In this document: positions 1 to 12,245 of the stretch, piece after piece
Position numbering within the stretch: position 1 is the stretch's first letter
Layout: the number at the start of each line of letters is the position of its first letter
Assembly (NCBI GenBank): GCA_043228905.1
Contig: JBHGNT010000220.1
Location: 1-50,445 of the forward strand
DNA from: Azolla caroliniana
Lineage: Eukaryota > Plantae > Polypodiophyta
DNA length: 50,445 bases
Direction of reading: 5' to 3'
Notes under the pieces: generated by a model
What the model was told of the DNA's origin: nothing
Database searches by the model: none
What the model saw: the letters and a program-made list of their open reading frames with translations, nothing else
Position numbers and translations under genes: made by a program

Positions 1-1326
1 ATCTTCGCATCTATATCTTTCCCAATCTCTAGAGACCCTATATTGCCACATGATTTCAAAATGCATATAAAAGTGACTGAATTTGGACGGACTTTGGCAT
101 CATTCATTTTTTTAAAGCATTTCAATGCTTCATCACTGAGCCCATGTTGGGCATAGCCAGTTATAAGCACATTCCAAGACACCACATCTCTCACTGGAAG
201 CTCCTCAAAAACTTCTTTTGCTTTCTCCATCATACCACACTTAGAATACATGTCCATCAATGTGTTGCCAATCACAATGCCTTTCCATAATAGCCCTTGC
301 TTTCTGATCTCCGCATCTATATCTTCCCCGATCTCTACAGATTTCATGATGCCACAAGCTCTCAATACGCCTATATAAGTGATCACGTTTGGGTAGACAC
401 TCTCATCTTTCATTTGTTTGAAGCATTTCAATGCTTCATCTCCAAGCCGATGTTGTACATATCCAGTAATCAATACATTCCAAGATACAACATCCCTCAC
501 GAGAAGCTTTTCGAACACTTCCTTTGCTTTATCCAAAGAACCGCACTTGCAATACATGTCCATCAATGCATTCCCGAGCGCAATGTCTTTCTTGAATAAT
601 CCTCTCTTTCGAATCTCGGCATCTATAAATCCCCCGGTCTCTAGAGATTTCACAATCCCACATGCTTTCAAAACGGAGATATAAGTTACTGAATTTGGAT
701 TCATTCTTTCCTTTTTCATTAGTTCAAAACATTTCAAAGCTTCATTTCCTAGCCCATTTAGGGCATATCCAGAGATAAGTGCACTCCATGAAACAACATC
801 TCTTTCTGGAAGCTTCTCAAATACTTCTCGAGCTTCTTCTACTGCCCCACACTTTGCATATGTTGTTATCAATGAAGTGGCCACACAAACATTTTTTCTA
901 ATCAAGTTTTTCTCAACAACCTTAGCATGAATCCATCTCACTTTCATTAAATCCTTGTCTTTTTGGCACATTTTTAATACATTCAAAAGTGTAATAATAG
1001 CTTGATCGTCATTGTGTAACTTTTGCATACCTTTGGATTCAACAAATCTGAGATTCTTTGCTTCGCCTTCGCCCCGTGAAAAGCATGATGATGGAATTTC
1101 TCTTTGTTTCTGCACGAAGCCGGAGGATATAGGGATTCTATCCTGTAATGGAAGGAGAGAAAAAAGCAAGGATTGAGCACATTTGGGTCTCTGCTCAAAA
1201 TTTCCACGAATTAATCACAGAAAAATGCTTCTAACACATTACCTTGTGGTGTGGGTTGGAAGGGAGGTTCGACGGATCTTTAAAGAAGTAATGGTCCTTG
1301 AAGAAGATGCTCTCTGTAGAGGCCAT
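1..1326 (-). CDS. PLS-class pentatricopeptide repeat protein (organellar RNA editing factor family), 3'-partial. Exons 1326-1243 and 1142-<1.
   Basis: Manual reverse-strand translation: MASTESIFFKDHY...PHHK, a phase-0 GT-AG intron (1242-1143), then an open frame with repeated PLS motifs (ATSLITTYAKCGAVEEAREVFEKLPERDVVSWSALISGY; GNALMDMYCKCGSLDKAKEVFEKLLVRDVVSWNVLITGY). It is missing from the ORF track because no stop lies inside the window. Confidence 0.93.
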
Positions 1327-2904
1327 TGGAGACAGGAAGAAGCACAAGAGTGTTAAGTGTGAGTGTCTTTTTGTTCACATTATGAATATGAAACAGATTT
1401 GGGAATTTGCATATTTAGCCGCTCTACCGGTCCTCCTTCGTTTGATGTGGTTTTCTCGGAACCACCCGGCGGCACCAGGATCCATGTGTTTTCGATATCA
1501 AATACATACATATGTATGTATGTACATATATGGTGTGGCCGTGTTCAATCATCGTGTCACGCCCATTATGCGTGTTTTTTCCTTGTGGTCAAGTGGTGTC
1601 CCCTTTCATAGTAGACCAGCCCGAGAACACTTGCGTGCTCTGATATACGATCGAGATAGTCACATTCCATACCAACTCATGTTTTATTCTCCACCCTTTT
1701 CTGGAGCCAACTATTGGCGTGCTAAAACTCTAAGAGTTTTCTATGACAATCGGAATTTCGCAAGAGACTTGAGTGAATGTACGACCTTTGATGTTAAGGA
1801 TTGATTGAGTATTTTTCATTATTTTGCAATGTTTCACGAGTGGCCTTTGCATCTCAACCCAAAATAACGAAGCCTGCAACAACTAAATCTGAATTAGCAA
1901 TGGGCACAATTTGCATCTGACCTTGATAAGGCTACTCGTAATCAATTAAGAAGAGGTTGTTGATTGTTGCGGAGAAGCCTCTATGTTATATGTGGCTAAA
2001 ATGCTTTTTCATGCTATGGTTTGGGATACTATGGTCTTTATTTGAGTTTGAGCTCTTTTGGTTTGGGGTAAAGGGACCAAAATGATAACACTTGCTCCTT
2101 TCAATTGGTTTTTTAATGTAAATATACATGCATGTCTCATCAACATTGATCTACGTATTTGAAAGTGCATCCAAATACTTGGATGTCATCCATATAAAAT
2201 GAATACGTGAACTGACTTTTGTGCTAGCACCAAAATGGTAGGATAAATGGTTCTATAACACTTTTATCGTGTGAATTGTAATTTCACAAATAAGTTGAAT
2301 GCATTTGTTATACATTATCGTGCAAGAGAATTGTTGTTTGTCTAGACTTCGCCTAACCTTATGGACACTTTCAAGGGTTGGAAAGTTTACAAAAATAGCT
2401 ATAAGTCTTTAAGTAACTCCATGCAACTTTATTTGGCATGGGCAATGAGTTTTACATTAGATGCATACAAAATAGAATTATGAACCAAGTTATTTGAAGA
2501 ATATTGAACAATGGTTCAATTCGATACGCGATTGATCAAAATGACAATGTCTGGATATTTCTAGTCTTCCATAACTAAACTAAACTAAACTATGACAAGG
2601 CAAACATTTGGGCTTACAGCAATAGAATATAACTAACCGAATGAAGGCATAAATTTTGGTATATTTGATGGGCCAGGATATGAATGTGTATGTAGTAGAG
2701 ATGTATGTATGATGGGGCCATGCTTAATGCATTCTTCTCGAGTAGAAGGGGTTTATAATGTGAGCAAGAAGATGAAGAAGGTTTATGAACCAATATTATG
2801 CTTGCTCCTCACATAGGTCTTCATGTAATATAACCTTTCCTTTGGTTAGCTAGCCCCCTCTTTCTTTTGCTTAAGCCTTAGACGCAGATTGGTTAGCCTA
2901 TACG

Positions 2905-4856
2905 ATGCTTCAAGTGAGAAGAAGAGGGTGTGCTATCATCGTCTACTTATGTGGCCAAAGAGAATCCATACACTCTGTATCATCATCATCATCATCATCA
3001 AGTCTTTCAGTGGTGAAGAACAAACCATTAGATCACACAGCCAATTCAAATACAAATACGGATTCAAATTCAAACACTAATGCAAACTCCAACATAAGTG
3101 CAAATTCGAATTACTCTGCTATAGAAGGAGATGTTTTTCTCCCTCCTGGTGCATCCTCTGTTTCTGGTCTTAGGAGGCTCCCCTGTTCCAATATATTTGT
3201 TAACTCTAACACAAGACAAGAATTTGTGACTCAGGCTGAGTTCTTGAAGAGCAGCGTCAGTGTTAAGGATTGCCCTAAAGATGGGTTCCTTGAATTTGCT
3301 CTTGTGGGTCGTTCTAATGTTGGCAAATCCTCTCTCATCAACACTCTGGTTAGAAGAAAACAGCTTGCTAAGACATCAAAGACACCAGGTAAGTGTTAGA
3401 TTTACTTGGAGCTATGTGTATATGTATTTATGTATGAACCTTTATGTGTATATGATGTATGTGTACATGCATACATTGATATTTATATCGGAAATGAAAT
3501 TAATAAAAGATTTAATGTACGTGGACACGGGTCTTTGTCTCTTTTTAACTTATTCATCAACAACACTCTTGGCCAGAAGAAAACTTCTTGCAAAGACCTG
3601 TAGAACACCAGGTAAGAGTTAGAGTCACTTCGAGTCTACATGTGCACGTACGTACGTATGTGTATGTATGTAATATAATATGCATAAACATGTGAATAAT
3701 GAGTGGAATTTTAAAAAAACAAGAGTGGAAATGGGTCTGTTTCTCTTTCTAAGTAATTGAGCTGGGCCCAAATTCTTACCCATATACTTAAATGTGTAAT
3801 AAAAAACAAGATTTAACAGCTCCATTTCATTGCAGGGAAGACCCAAGTCATAAACCACTTCATCATCAACAAGAGCTGGTATTTAGTAGATCTTCCTGGC
3901 TATGGGTATCTCTCAACTCAAGACATAATTGCTTTTCTTAATTAATAGAAGGGAAAAACTACCAATATACCCCTTAAATATCAACTCATAATTAGAACCA
4001 GATGAATTGTTCTTTAAGCTGACTGGAAACTGATGAGTGTTTTGGTAATTGAAATCTGATGATTCCGGTGAATTTAGAAAACATAGGGGATTTTGGGGAA
4101 TGTGCAAAAAGGTTAGGGGTATATGGATTATTCCCTTAAAAGAATGAGGGAAAAAAACAATTACAACGATTTATGCCATGTAGGTTCGCTAGAGCTCCTA
4201 CCAATGTTCGTGTGGATTGGGATAACTTCACGAGAGACTATTTTCTTAAAAGAGAGTCATTGGTATCAGTTATGTTGTTAATTGATGGTAGTGTGAAGCC
4301 CAAGAAATCAGATTTTGGTTATATAGAATGGCTTGCTAAAGCCAAGGTGAGGTAATTCATTGGTGTTTGGAAAAAAATAGCAAAGATGCCTCTAACGTTT
4401 TGGGTGTTTACAAGAATACTCCTTAAGCTCTCAAAATTTCCAAAATACCCCATTGGAACAAACAAATTTAACTAAATACTTCTCAAAAAATACTGCATAG
4501 GGGTCGCTTGGTAATATTTGAAAACTTAATGATGTTATGGTGAAATACCCAAAACATTAGGGTTATTTTGGTGTTTTTGTATATTGAGATAGATTCCTTT
4601 CACACTAATGTTCACAAAGTCTTAATCCTCAAGGTAACATTTGCAGATTCCTTTCACACTAGTGTTCACAAAATGTGACAAAAGGAGATCAAGGAATAAG
4701 CATGCAGTCGAAGAGAATGTGTATGATTTCTTGAGGTGGCTCAAAGAGGATATGGAAAAACTGCCCCCTTGGATTATGACTAGTTCGATAAACAACCAAG
4801 GGACTTCTGAGCTTTTAATTCACTTGGCTTGTCTGAGAAAATATTGGAGAAAATAG
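2905..4856 (+). CDS. engB: EngB/YihA/YsxC-family ribosome-biogenesis GTPase, probably organelle-targeted, ~308 aa. Exons 2905-3388, 3836-3905, 4184-4346, 4647-4856.
   Basis: G1 [13 protein letters not shown]2 TSKTPGKT, G3 DLPGYG, G4 TKCD and G5-like TSS, joined in frame by canonical GT-AG introns. N-terminal extension is rich in Ser and Asn. Confidence 0.92.
3951..4135. mobile_element. Mutator-like MITE in GTPase intron 2
   Basis: Imperfect terminal inverted repeats (GGGAAAAACTACCAATATACCCCT ... AGGGGTATATGGATTATTCCC). Flanked by a 9-bp direct repeat with one mismatch: TTAATAGAA (3942-3950) and TTAAAAGAA (4136-4144). Confidence 0.7.
4369..4580. mobile_element. Mutator-like MITE with long degenerate inverted repeats in GTPase intron 3
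   Basis: About 80-bp imperfect inverted repeats (left ...CTAACGTTTTGGGTGTTT...TTAAGCTCTCAAAATTTCCAAAATACCCC; right GGGGTCGCTTGGTAATATTTGAAAACTTAA...AAATACCCAAAACATTAGG). No clear TSD. Confidence 0.6.
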
Positions 4857-6364
4857 TTGTTTACTGAAAAAAACATGGCATCTTACAGCTGCCTTGGGTA
4901 ATATTAGCTTCAATGCATATTGAGATGTGATCTAAACTTGATTTAAGAGTTGTGGGATTGAGCACTTTGAAGAAGTCGTCCCATGAGCATGTCGATTATT
5001 ATTTGTTTGATTGATTTGCCCAAATGGAGTTGCGATTATGTGTCATTAAAAAGATCCTTGGTTATCTAGGTGCTTTTATAACACAGTTTTAGATAGTCAA
5101 GGTTCTAGATGTTTTACTCTTTAAAATTGAGGCCTTTGTAATGACTATAGTTCTCTTAGTCTTTTCATCTCATCATGACTTGGATAACAGTCATATGTTA
5201 AAAGCTAATAAAAGGATAATGTTTTGTAACTTTGCGGTATAGAAAGGATGATTTTAGAGCTACATGAAAGTCATAAATTGTTAAATCAATGATTTTGCAT
5301 TTGGAACTAGCAATGAAGCCTAGGGGTCTTGTGTGTTCTATCCTGCTTTCAGCAATATATTCTTTTCTTTTCTATTCTTTTATAGATTTTATCGATCACT
5401 CTTTGTTCAGTCTTACAAATGGTGTCCCATTGGGGCCTTACATTTTGAGATTAAGGAGTTAGTTGAATAACTTAGGAGGAATGATTGTGCCATCTACAAA
5501 TCATGGATTTCCCTGGTGCATAAGATTTGTCTAGGATATGGCATATGTATCAAGATAAAGTACTTGAAGCATCTTCTCAAATATTTGTGCTTCTCATATT
5601 TCAAGAAGGTTGAATTAATGGTGTAAAGAATGAAGACAATTGTGAGTTGTCTTTGCACTCTTATCTTTCTGTAGAAGTGGCTTCCACTCGATCGGTTGTA
5701 TTTCCCCCCTTTTGCACTTGAACTAGGCTATCATTTCTATGTCTTGTTTAACCAATGTTGTGCAATTTAGTATGTTTTGTAGATCTAGAGTGATGCTTAA
5801 ACTTTGCAATATTGTTTTGCATATATATATATATATATATTGACATTACGAAAATTGTGTTATTTTGTGGAGGAGGTTCAACAATATTTTTGCACCATTT
5901 CATGTGTTATCATCTCTCAAAAGCTCAAATTAGCTAGGATTGGGGACATGACTCCTTTTATTAGACCATTGCACATTACCTCAAAGGGAGATGTATTTAT
6001 TACCTATTCAACATTCGTTCACTTAGGTGACTTCCCCCACATGTTATATGAATGGATAAATGTCGTTTGATTGAGCAAACTTGTTAGTAACTACATGTGA
6101 TTCACATCAAAGTTCTTTAATAACATGAAAGAACAAGCAAAAGGAAGGCGACATAGATAAGATAGGTATGAGCACCCATGAGGTAGTCAAAGAGGGTAAG
6201 TTTAGGGCACATGTTCAAAGCCCATGGCGATGGGGTTTCTCCATAGCTTGGACAACTTTTGATGTTGTGGTGTAAAACCATCGACTCAACAATAAGAGAG
6301 CGAGAGAAATGAACACTTCAAGGTATCCATTTCGGTTCATATGGTGCAAGTGCTATAATATGTA

Positions 6365-6459
6365 GAAATAGATAGATAGAGAGAGAGATATATAAAGAGA
6401 GATAGATAGATACATACATATATGATATAACACAAACAAAAAACTTGGAAACAGGAGAA

Positions 6460-6514
<55 letters not shown>

Positions 6515-6620
6515 CATATATGATATAAGTTATAACACAAACAAAAAGCTTGGAAACAGGGGAAATAAATAGATAGATATATAGAGAGAGATGGATACAT
6601 ACATACATTAGATAGCTACA

Positions 6621-6653
<33 letters not shown>

Positions 6654-6790
6654 GATAGAACACAAACAAAAAGCTTGGAAACAGGGGAAATAAATAGATA
6701 GATATAGAGAGAGAGATGGATAGATAGATAGATACATACATACATACATATATGGTATAACACAAACAAAAAGCTTGGAAACAGGGGAGG
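6365..6790. repeat. Compound tandem repeat: four copies of a ~35-bp unit separated by mixed microsatellites
   Basis: The unit TATAACACAAACAAAAAGCTTGGAAACAGGGG occurs near 6426, 6531, 6656 and 6756, separated by (GATA)n, (GA)n and (TACA)n tracts. Confidence 0.9.
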
Positions 6791-6991
6791 CCCGAGGGCC
6801 TTATAAGGTCATAGAAAGCAGGCAGGCAGTGGTTTGATTGGGTGTGTGGTTTCATTCTTTCCCCTTGTTTTACGTGTTTTTTGATCAAATACCCTCCCAA
6901 TCCCTCCTCCAATAACTCTGGAAGGAGAGAGAGAGATTTCGTTTTGAACTAGCAGAGTTCTCTCCTTTTCAAACGAGACAGACCCTGGGCC

Positions 6992-9900
6992 ATGGCCATT
7001 TCTGCTACCCGGAACTTTTGGCTTCGCCCTTTATCGCCAAACCACCATTCTTCTTCATTTGGGCTCTCCTCATTTCCTTCCTTCAACCTCAACCTTTTTC
7101 CACCTTCACCCCGACGCTGTCTCCCTCACTATCAACGATTTATGGTCTCTAACATGACAACCAATACTGCTTCACCTTCGCAGGTTAGTTGCTTGATTCT
7201 CATCATTGTTTCCAATTTAAATCCTGCTTTCTCTTCCGATCTTTTCTTAGTTCTTAATACTAAAACTTCTCTTAATTCATAGCTTTTGCTTCTCTGCTTA
7301 GTTCATAAATCTTAGAAAGATAAACGTATTCGAGGATATGTAATCCATTTCCCAAAATTTGAAGCTATCTATGCTATTTACCACGAGTTCAACCTTGATA
7401 TGCAAAGAACTTCAGGTTTTTGCTTTAGGAGAGAAGTCAACATCTTGCATTGCCATCTAGGAATTGAAGAATTGACCATTGTATTTGTGTGAGGTAATCT
7501 TATATAAATATAAAAATATACTTTCCTGTTGAAGTCATATAAAAAATTTAGAATTTTGATGCCCAACTTTCTTGAATACAAATTTTTCGTATGTATCATT
7601 CCTCTAATTGTAGCCTTTTGACCTTATGGAGATATATGCGTGATGAAGGAAGCAATATAATGTATCCCCTAAAATCTATACTTCATATGTATGCTTGCAA
7701 AATTTGTCCTTTGTTTTCACTTCTGCAGACTGCAAATGAGAAGGAAGAACACGAGTTCTGGGAGCGTGTCATAACACATCAAGTAAGAACATTTGCTGAA
7801 ACTCATAGAATATTTTATTGCGTTTTCTTCTCATCTCATACAGATATTTGTCTTTGGACATAAGCTATGTTTTGTACATGCCTCAAACGTATATTTTTTA
7901 TAGTATGCATAGCTATATGTACATGGAATATATTTTGAAAATGCTATCTTATAAAAAGATATAAAGAAATGTAATGTTCACAATATATTTTCTCATCCAA
8001 ATGATAACTGCTAAAACTATTATGATCATTGGTGATGGTAGGCCAGATTACTCATGAGGGTAGTTTATTTTAGTCTTAATAAGATTGTATTTATAGATTA
8101 TCTCCATGTTATTTCTCAATTCTCATTAATTTCTTGTAAATCTTCAGCGTAATACAATTCTTTATATGCATGTTCATTTTGTATCCTCACAAGTGCCATT
8201 GATTGATTGCACTGCTATGCAGAAAGAAGCAGCAAGACTTTCTATTGTTGAGGAATCGCGCACTCTTATAAATAAAACTTTAAATGCTTTCGTGTCAACT
8301 GTTTCACAGGTAAAGCCTAATATTCTCATTGTCTTTACTATAAAAGAGGAATTTTTTATGTTCTATTCTCAACAAGAAATTTACAGTCTGTTTGGAAGGC
8401 AAGAGAGTCTATATCATATTTTCTTCATTCTGTGCATTGTGAATTCTCCATTTTTAACATGAACGTTCATAGTTTGTAACAGAAATATGAAGGCTTCCCA
8501 TATACTTCACTTCTTGATATTGCTGCAGAGCAAGATGGAAGCTTAATTACTGCAGTTAGTAGTCTTTCACTGCATACCAAGGTACAGTTGTTGCTATTCC
8601 TATCAAATGGTTCCCCATCCTTCAAAAAATCAACTAGGCTTTGAATTGTGTGAGGTTAAAGATGATCCAATTTACAGTATCTTCTAAAAACAATTGCGGA
8701 TAATCTTGTGTCATACTAATATTTTATTCTCTTCGTTCTTCACTTAGAATTTTGGCTGTGCAAAATTACGAAGAATTTTTAAGCATATAATATACAGAAA
8801 AAAATGAATGTATCTCCACTTTTCATATTTCATACTCCAGTTTATATTATGGACATGGGATCACCTTTTTTATGTCTCTTGGTTTTCCAAAATGTAAAGC
8901 TACATAAGAATAGTAGCGATATCAATTATTTTTTGGAGAAATTGTCTAAGTAGAACATAGTGTGATTTATCTTTCTATGGTACATTGACACAGGATTTGC
9001 AAAAGACACCCAAATGTTCGTTACTAATTATGAAAGATAAACTTGACAGAAGTGACGTGGTTGTCACATATATCGGTGAGGCAGTAGAGGTAAGTTTATC
9101 GATCTTGTGTAATTTGGAGTCTAATTACGACTTTTAGCCACATTTAATGTGTAGTACATATAAATAACCCAAAGTATATTCTAGCTCCTTTGTCCAGAAC
9201 ATCATCTGCTTTCTTTCACAAAATTTAGAGATTTGTGCTGTTTCGAACATTTGTAACATACTCATACTTGGCCTCTGCTGCACACCAATGTTGTTGATTT
9301 CATAACCTTTGTTCTTGCCAAGGTTCAGAATAACGCCCATGCAGCCCAAGTTCTTACACGGCCTTAAAATACCACATGTGGAGTTTTGAATCGGAAATGA
9401 GCTAATTGTCTTGTGTGTCAGCTTAAATAACTCTTTAAAATTTCTGTACATACACCTGGATTCATTTACATAATTTGAACATCCTTTTTTCCAGTGCGTA
9501 ATATCATATTTGGCCAATTGAATTTTGATGCTTTATCTTAGGTACCTGAACATGATCAGAGAAGAGTGCGTGACATCTTCCTTTCCAAGCATCCTGATGC
9601 TTTTTGGGTAGGAACCGACTACCTCTGCATTGATGGACTAAATATATTCTTTAGGTCTGATGAATTATCTTTGTTTCTAATATTTGAAGGTGGATTTTGG
9701 AGATTTCAAGTTCCTGCGCATTGAGCCAAAATATGTCCGCTTCTTAACGGGAAGTGCTACTCCATTTAACAGAAATGGAGGTGATTATTTGCTTTAAACT
9801 ATTTGCTTCTGGTTGGTATAGTTTAATGAGAGAGGAAAATAGCTTGAGTACAATAGGTCCATTAGTTATAGGAAAGCCTGTAGATCCTCCAGTAAATTTG

Positions 9901-12245
9901 AGAATAGTTATTCTTGCTATTCTAATTCTTGACTATTGTTATTTTCTCGTCGAAAATTTGGCGCTTATTCTTCCCCCACTGTCCTTTGTTCACTCATGGA
10001 TGGATCACAGTGTTTTATTCTTGAAATATTACAACTATATAAGTCTGTCATTAAGGAGATAGCATTTAGTGAACTTGGCTGGGTAAGCTTAAGTTGGCGT
10101 AGATAATGTAAATCTGTATAACCTTTTTTTTAACACACCAAAAAACAAAGGATGCATCCTCTTTCATTTTGAAAATAAGAAGATCAGCCTTTATAGTAAT
10201 ATTTTCATGGTCTCGAGGTTGACTTGGTTCATGAAAGCATCCTCTTTCATTTTGAAAATAAGAAGATCAGCCTTTATAGTAATATAACTGAATCTAACAA
10301 TGATAGACAACTAAAGAAGTCTGACATATCTTTTAACAGAGTTTTCTGGGGATGAATTCAGAAGTGCAAAAGTAGATTTCATTTCAGAATTTTCAGCACC
10401 CATAGCGGTAACATATGTTTTACATGTAAGATGTAATGTCTCCTGTTTCTTCATCTAAATTTTCTTGCTTCTATATTTCTTGAAGAGTAGGCTCATATGA
10501 ACAAAGATCATGCTGACGAGACAAAATTTATGGTGGAGAAAGCTTTGGGTGTGAAGGTGAGATAACAAATATCACTTTTTATATGAATAAAACAGTTGAA
10601 AGGTTCTTATTCTTATATACAGAGTATTATTGCTTTTTCACGAAAATGGAATGATTGAAGGGTTCTTATTCTGTGTTTTGTGTAGGTGGAAAATGCAAAG
10701 ATTATTGACTTGGACCGATTGGGACTGAATGTTCAGGTGCGAAAATGAAAGAGACCCACTTTACCACATGTTTCTGTATAGTTTTCATTGTAATAAGCTT
10801 CTGTAGTCAAGGTGACCTAGGTGATAAATGGGGGAGCAATCTCATGATTTATGAAAACCGCTAATCCGAGAATGATAGAGAGAAATTACAAAAACTACAT
10901 GTCCTGATCTCCAATGTGACTGCTATAAGGGGAACATATAAAAGTCCTGTGGAATCATCACTACAGTCAAGCTATTTTGGAACCTATGCTAGGGACAAAA
11001 TTTCTTGAAGGAAATGTTTGCACTATCATTATTCTTCCCAGTGCTATGCTGATGGTTCTGGAATATGAACTCCCATACCCTCTTTTGATCCTGATGATGC
11101 CCATGCAGCCAGCAACTGACGCAAATATTTCCAGGAGGAACTCGGCCATTCCCAAACTCCCTATGGTTAAGTGGCAGTGACCTATCAGATTGTTCAATTC
11201 CAGCCTTTATCCACACACACCCCTAATGGAAGCTCCTACATAAAAAGGGGTTTATGACTGGCACCATCAGAAGTGGGAAATAATCTTGATAGGAATGTGG
11301 CATTGATGGAAATATTACATTCTAGGTTGGTCTAGGTTGGTTCATCCTAGATTGTTGGATCATCAAAATGTTGAATGACTCTTATCTATCATCCTAACTT
11401 ACAAAGTACTAGAAGCAAACAAATTTAAATGTTGCAAGAATGTATCAAAATGTTGGACTATTATCTCATCATTCAACGGTCGGAGGAGTGTGCATCGAAA
11501 GAAAGCTGATGAACCACGGGTGTGATTTAGAATTTCAGACCATTATGCCTTGAATGCATGAAGTATATCAAAGCCCTGCCAAAGATGCTGTAAGGCATCC
11601 AAAGATTCAAGAGAAAAGTAGGGATTTTGATGAGTTCTTTTGGGGCTTCTCGAATGTGGTGCAATTTTCTTAGGGAAAAGTAGGGATTTTTATTTTCCTT
11701 TTCGGAATATCCATATACTCATTTAATGGTTTGTACCTTTCATATGATTTCTGAAGCACTCCCACAATGATCACCTATTTAATGAGCCCATATAATCTCT
11801 CTTACTAATCCTTAGAGCAGGCATGTGAAGATTTGTTTCACTTCACTCACCTAACTTTACTTTGTGTCCATCCACCACCTGACATTCATATGTGACCTTC
11901 ATGATTAATCAGCATTAGTAATTCATGGTTCATAGATATAAATGGCTGACAGATATCTAAAAAGTATGGATAATGGCATTGCCATACTAATTGAACTTTA
12001 AGGTTTTGGCTGTGTAAAGATGTGTGTATTGTTACCTTTCTTAACTTATTGACCAGATTGGATTTCAAGGCAAACCGATGAAGCTTAGAATTCCATTCCC
12101 AAGACCAGCTGAGAATAGGAAGTAAGTTTTAGTCTAATATCTGAATTCTCATGAGTTCAAATTTAAATTTCTTAGATTCCTAATTTTGTATTTTTGTAGG
12201 GATGTAAAAACTTTGATTGTGGAAATGACCGAAACAGCAGAATAG
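6992..12245 (+). CDS. HOZ: HOZ/HugZ-like heme-binding protein (PNPOx-like split barrel plus DUF2470), probably plastid-targeted, ~326 aa. 12 exons: 6992-7183, 7729-7782, 8223-8309, 8483-8581, 8994-9089, 9542-9607, 9690-9780, 10340-10407, 10491-10556, 10686-10736, 12057-12121, 12200-12245.
   Basis: The spliced product contains KYEGFP, AVSSLSLHTKDL, FLSKHPDAFWVDFGDF, AHMNKDHADET and KLRIPFPRPAENRKDVKTLIVEM, as in the Arabidopsis At3g03890/HOZ type. N-terminus is Ser/Pro-rich like a transit peptide. Exon total of 981 nt keeps frame. Confidence 0.88.
10154..10285. repeat. 49-bp perfect direct repeat in HOZ intron 7
   Basis: GCATCCTCTTTCATTTTGAAAATAAGAAGATCAGCCTTTATAGTAATAT at 10154-10202 and 10237-10285. 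Confidence 0.9.

Noticed and set aside
297-684. Plus-strand ORFs over the first PPR gene (similar ones at 13593-14459)
   Set aside because: Antisense shadows of the PPR coding sequence.
1298-1804. 168-aa plus-strand ORF between the PPR and the GTPase
   Set aside because: It has a non-ATG start, runs through a TATG microsatellite and shows no recognisable motif.
6365-6790. CRISPR-like repeat-spacer array
   Set aside because: The spacers are microsatellites related to each other, there are no cas genes, and the context is eukaryotic nuclear DNA.
6318-6912. Minus-strand ORFs of 87-143 aa
   Set aside because: These are translations of microsatellites (YVCM, LSLS, IYLS), not real genes.
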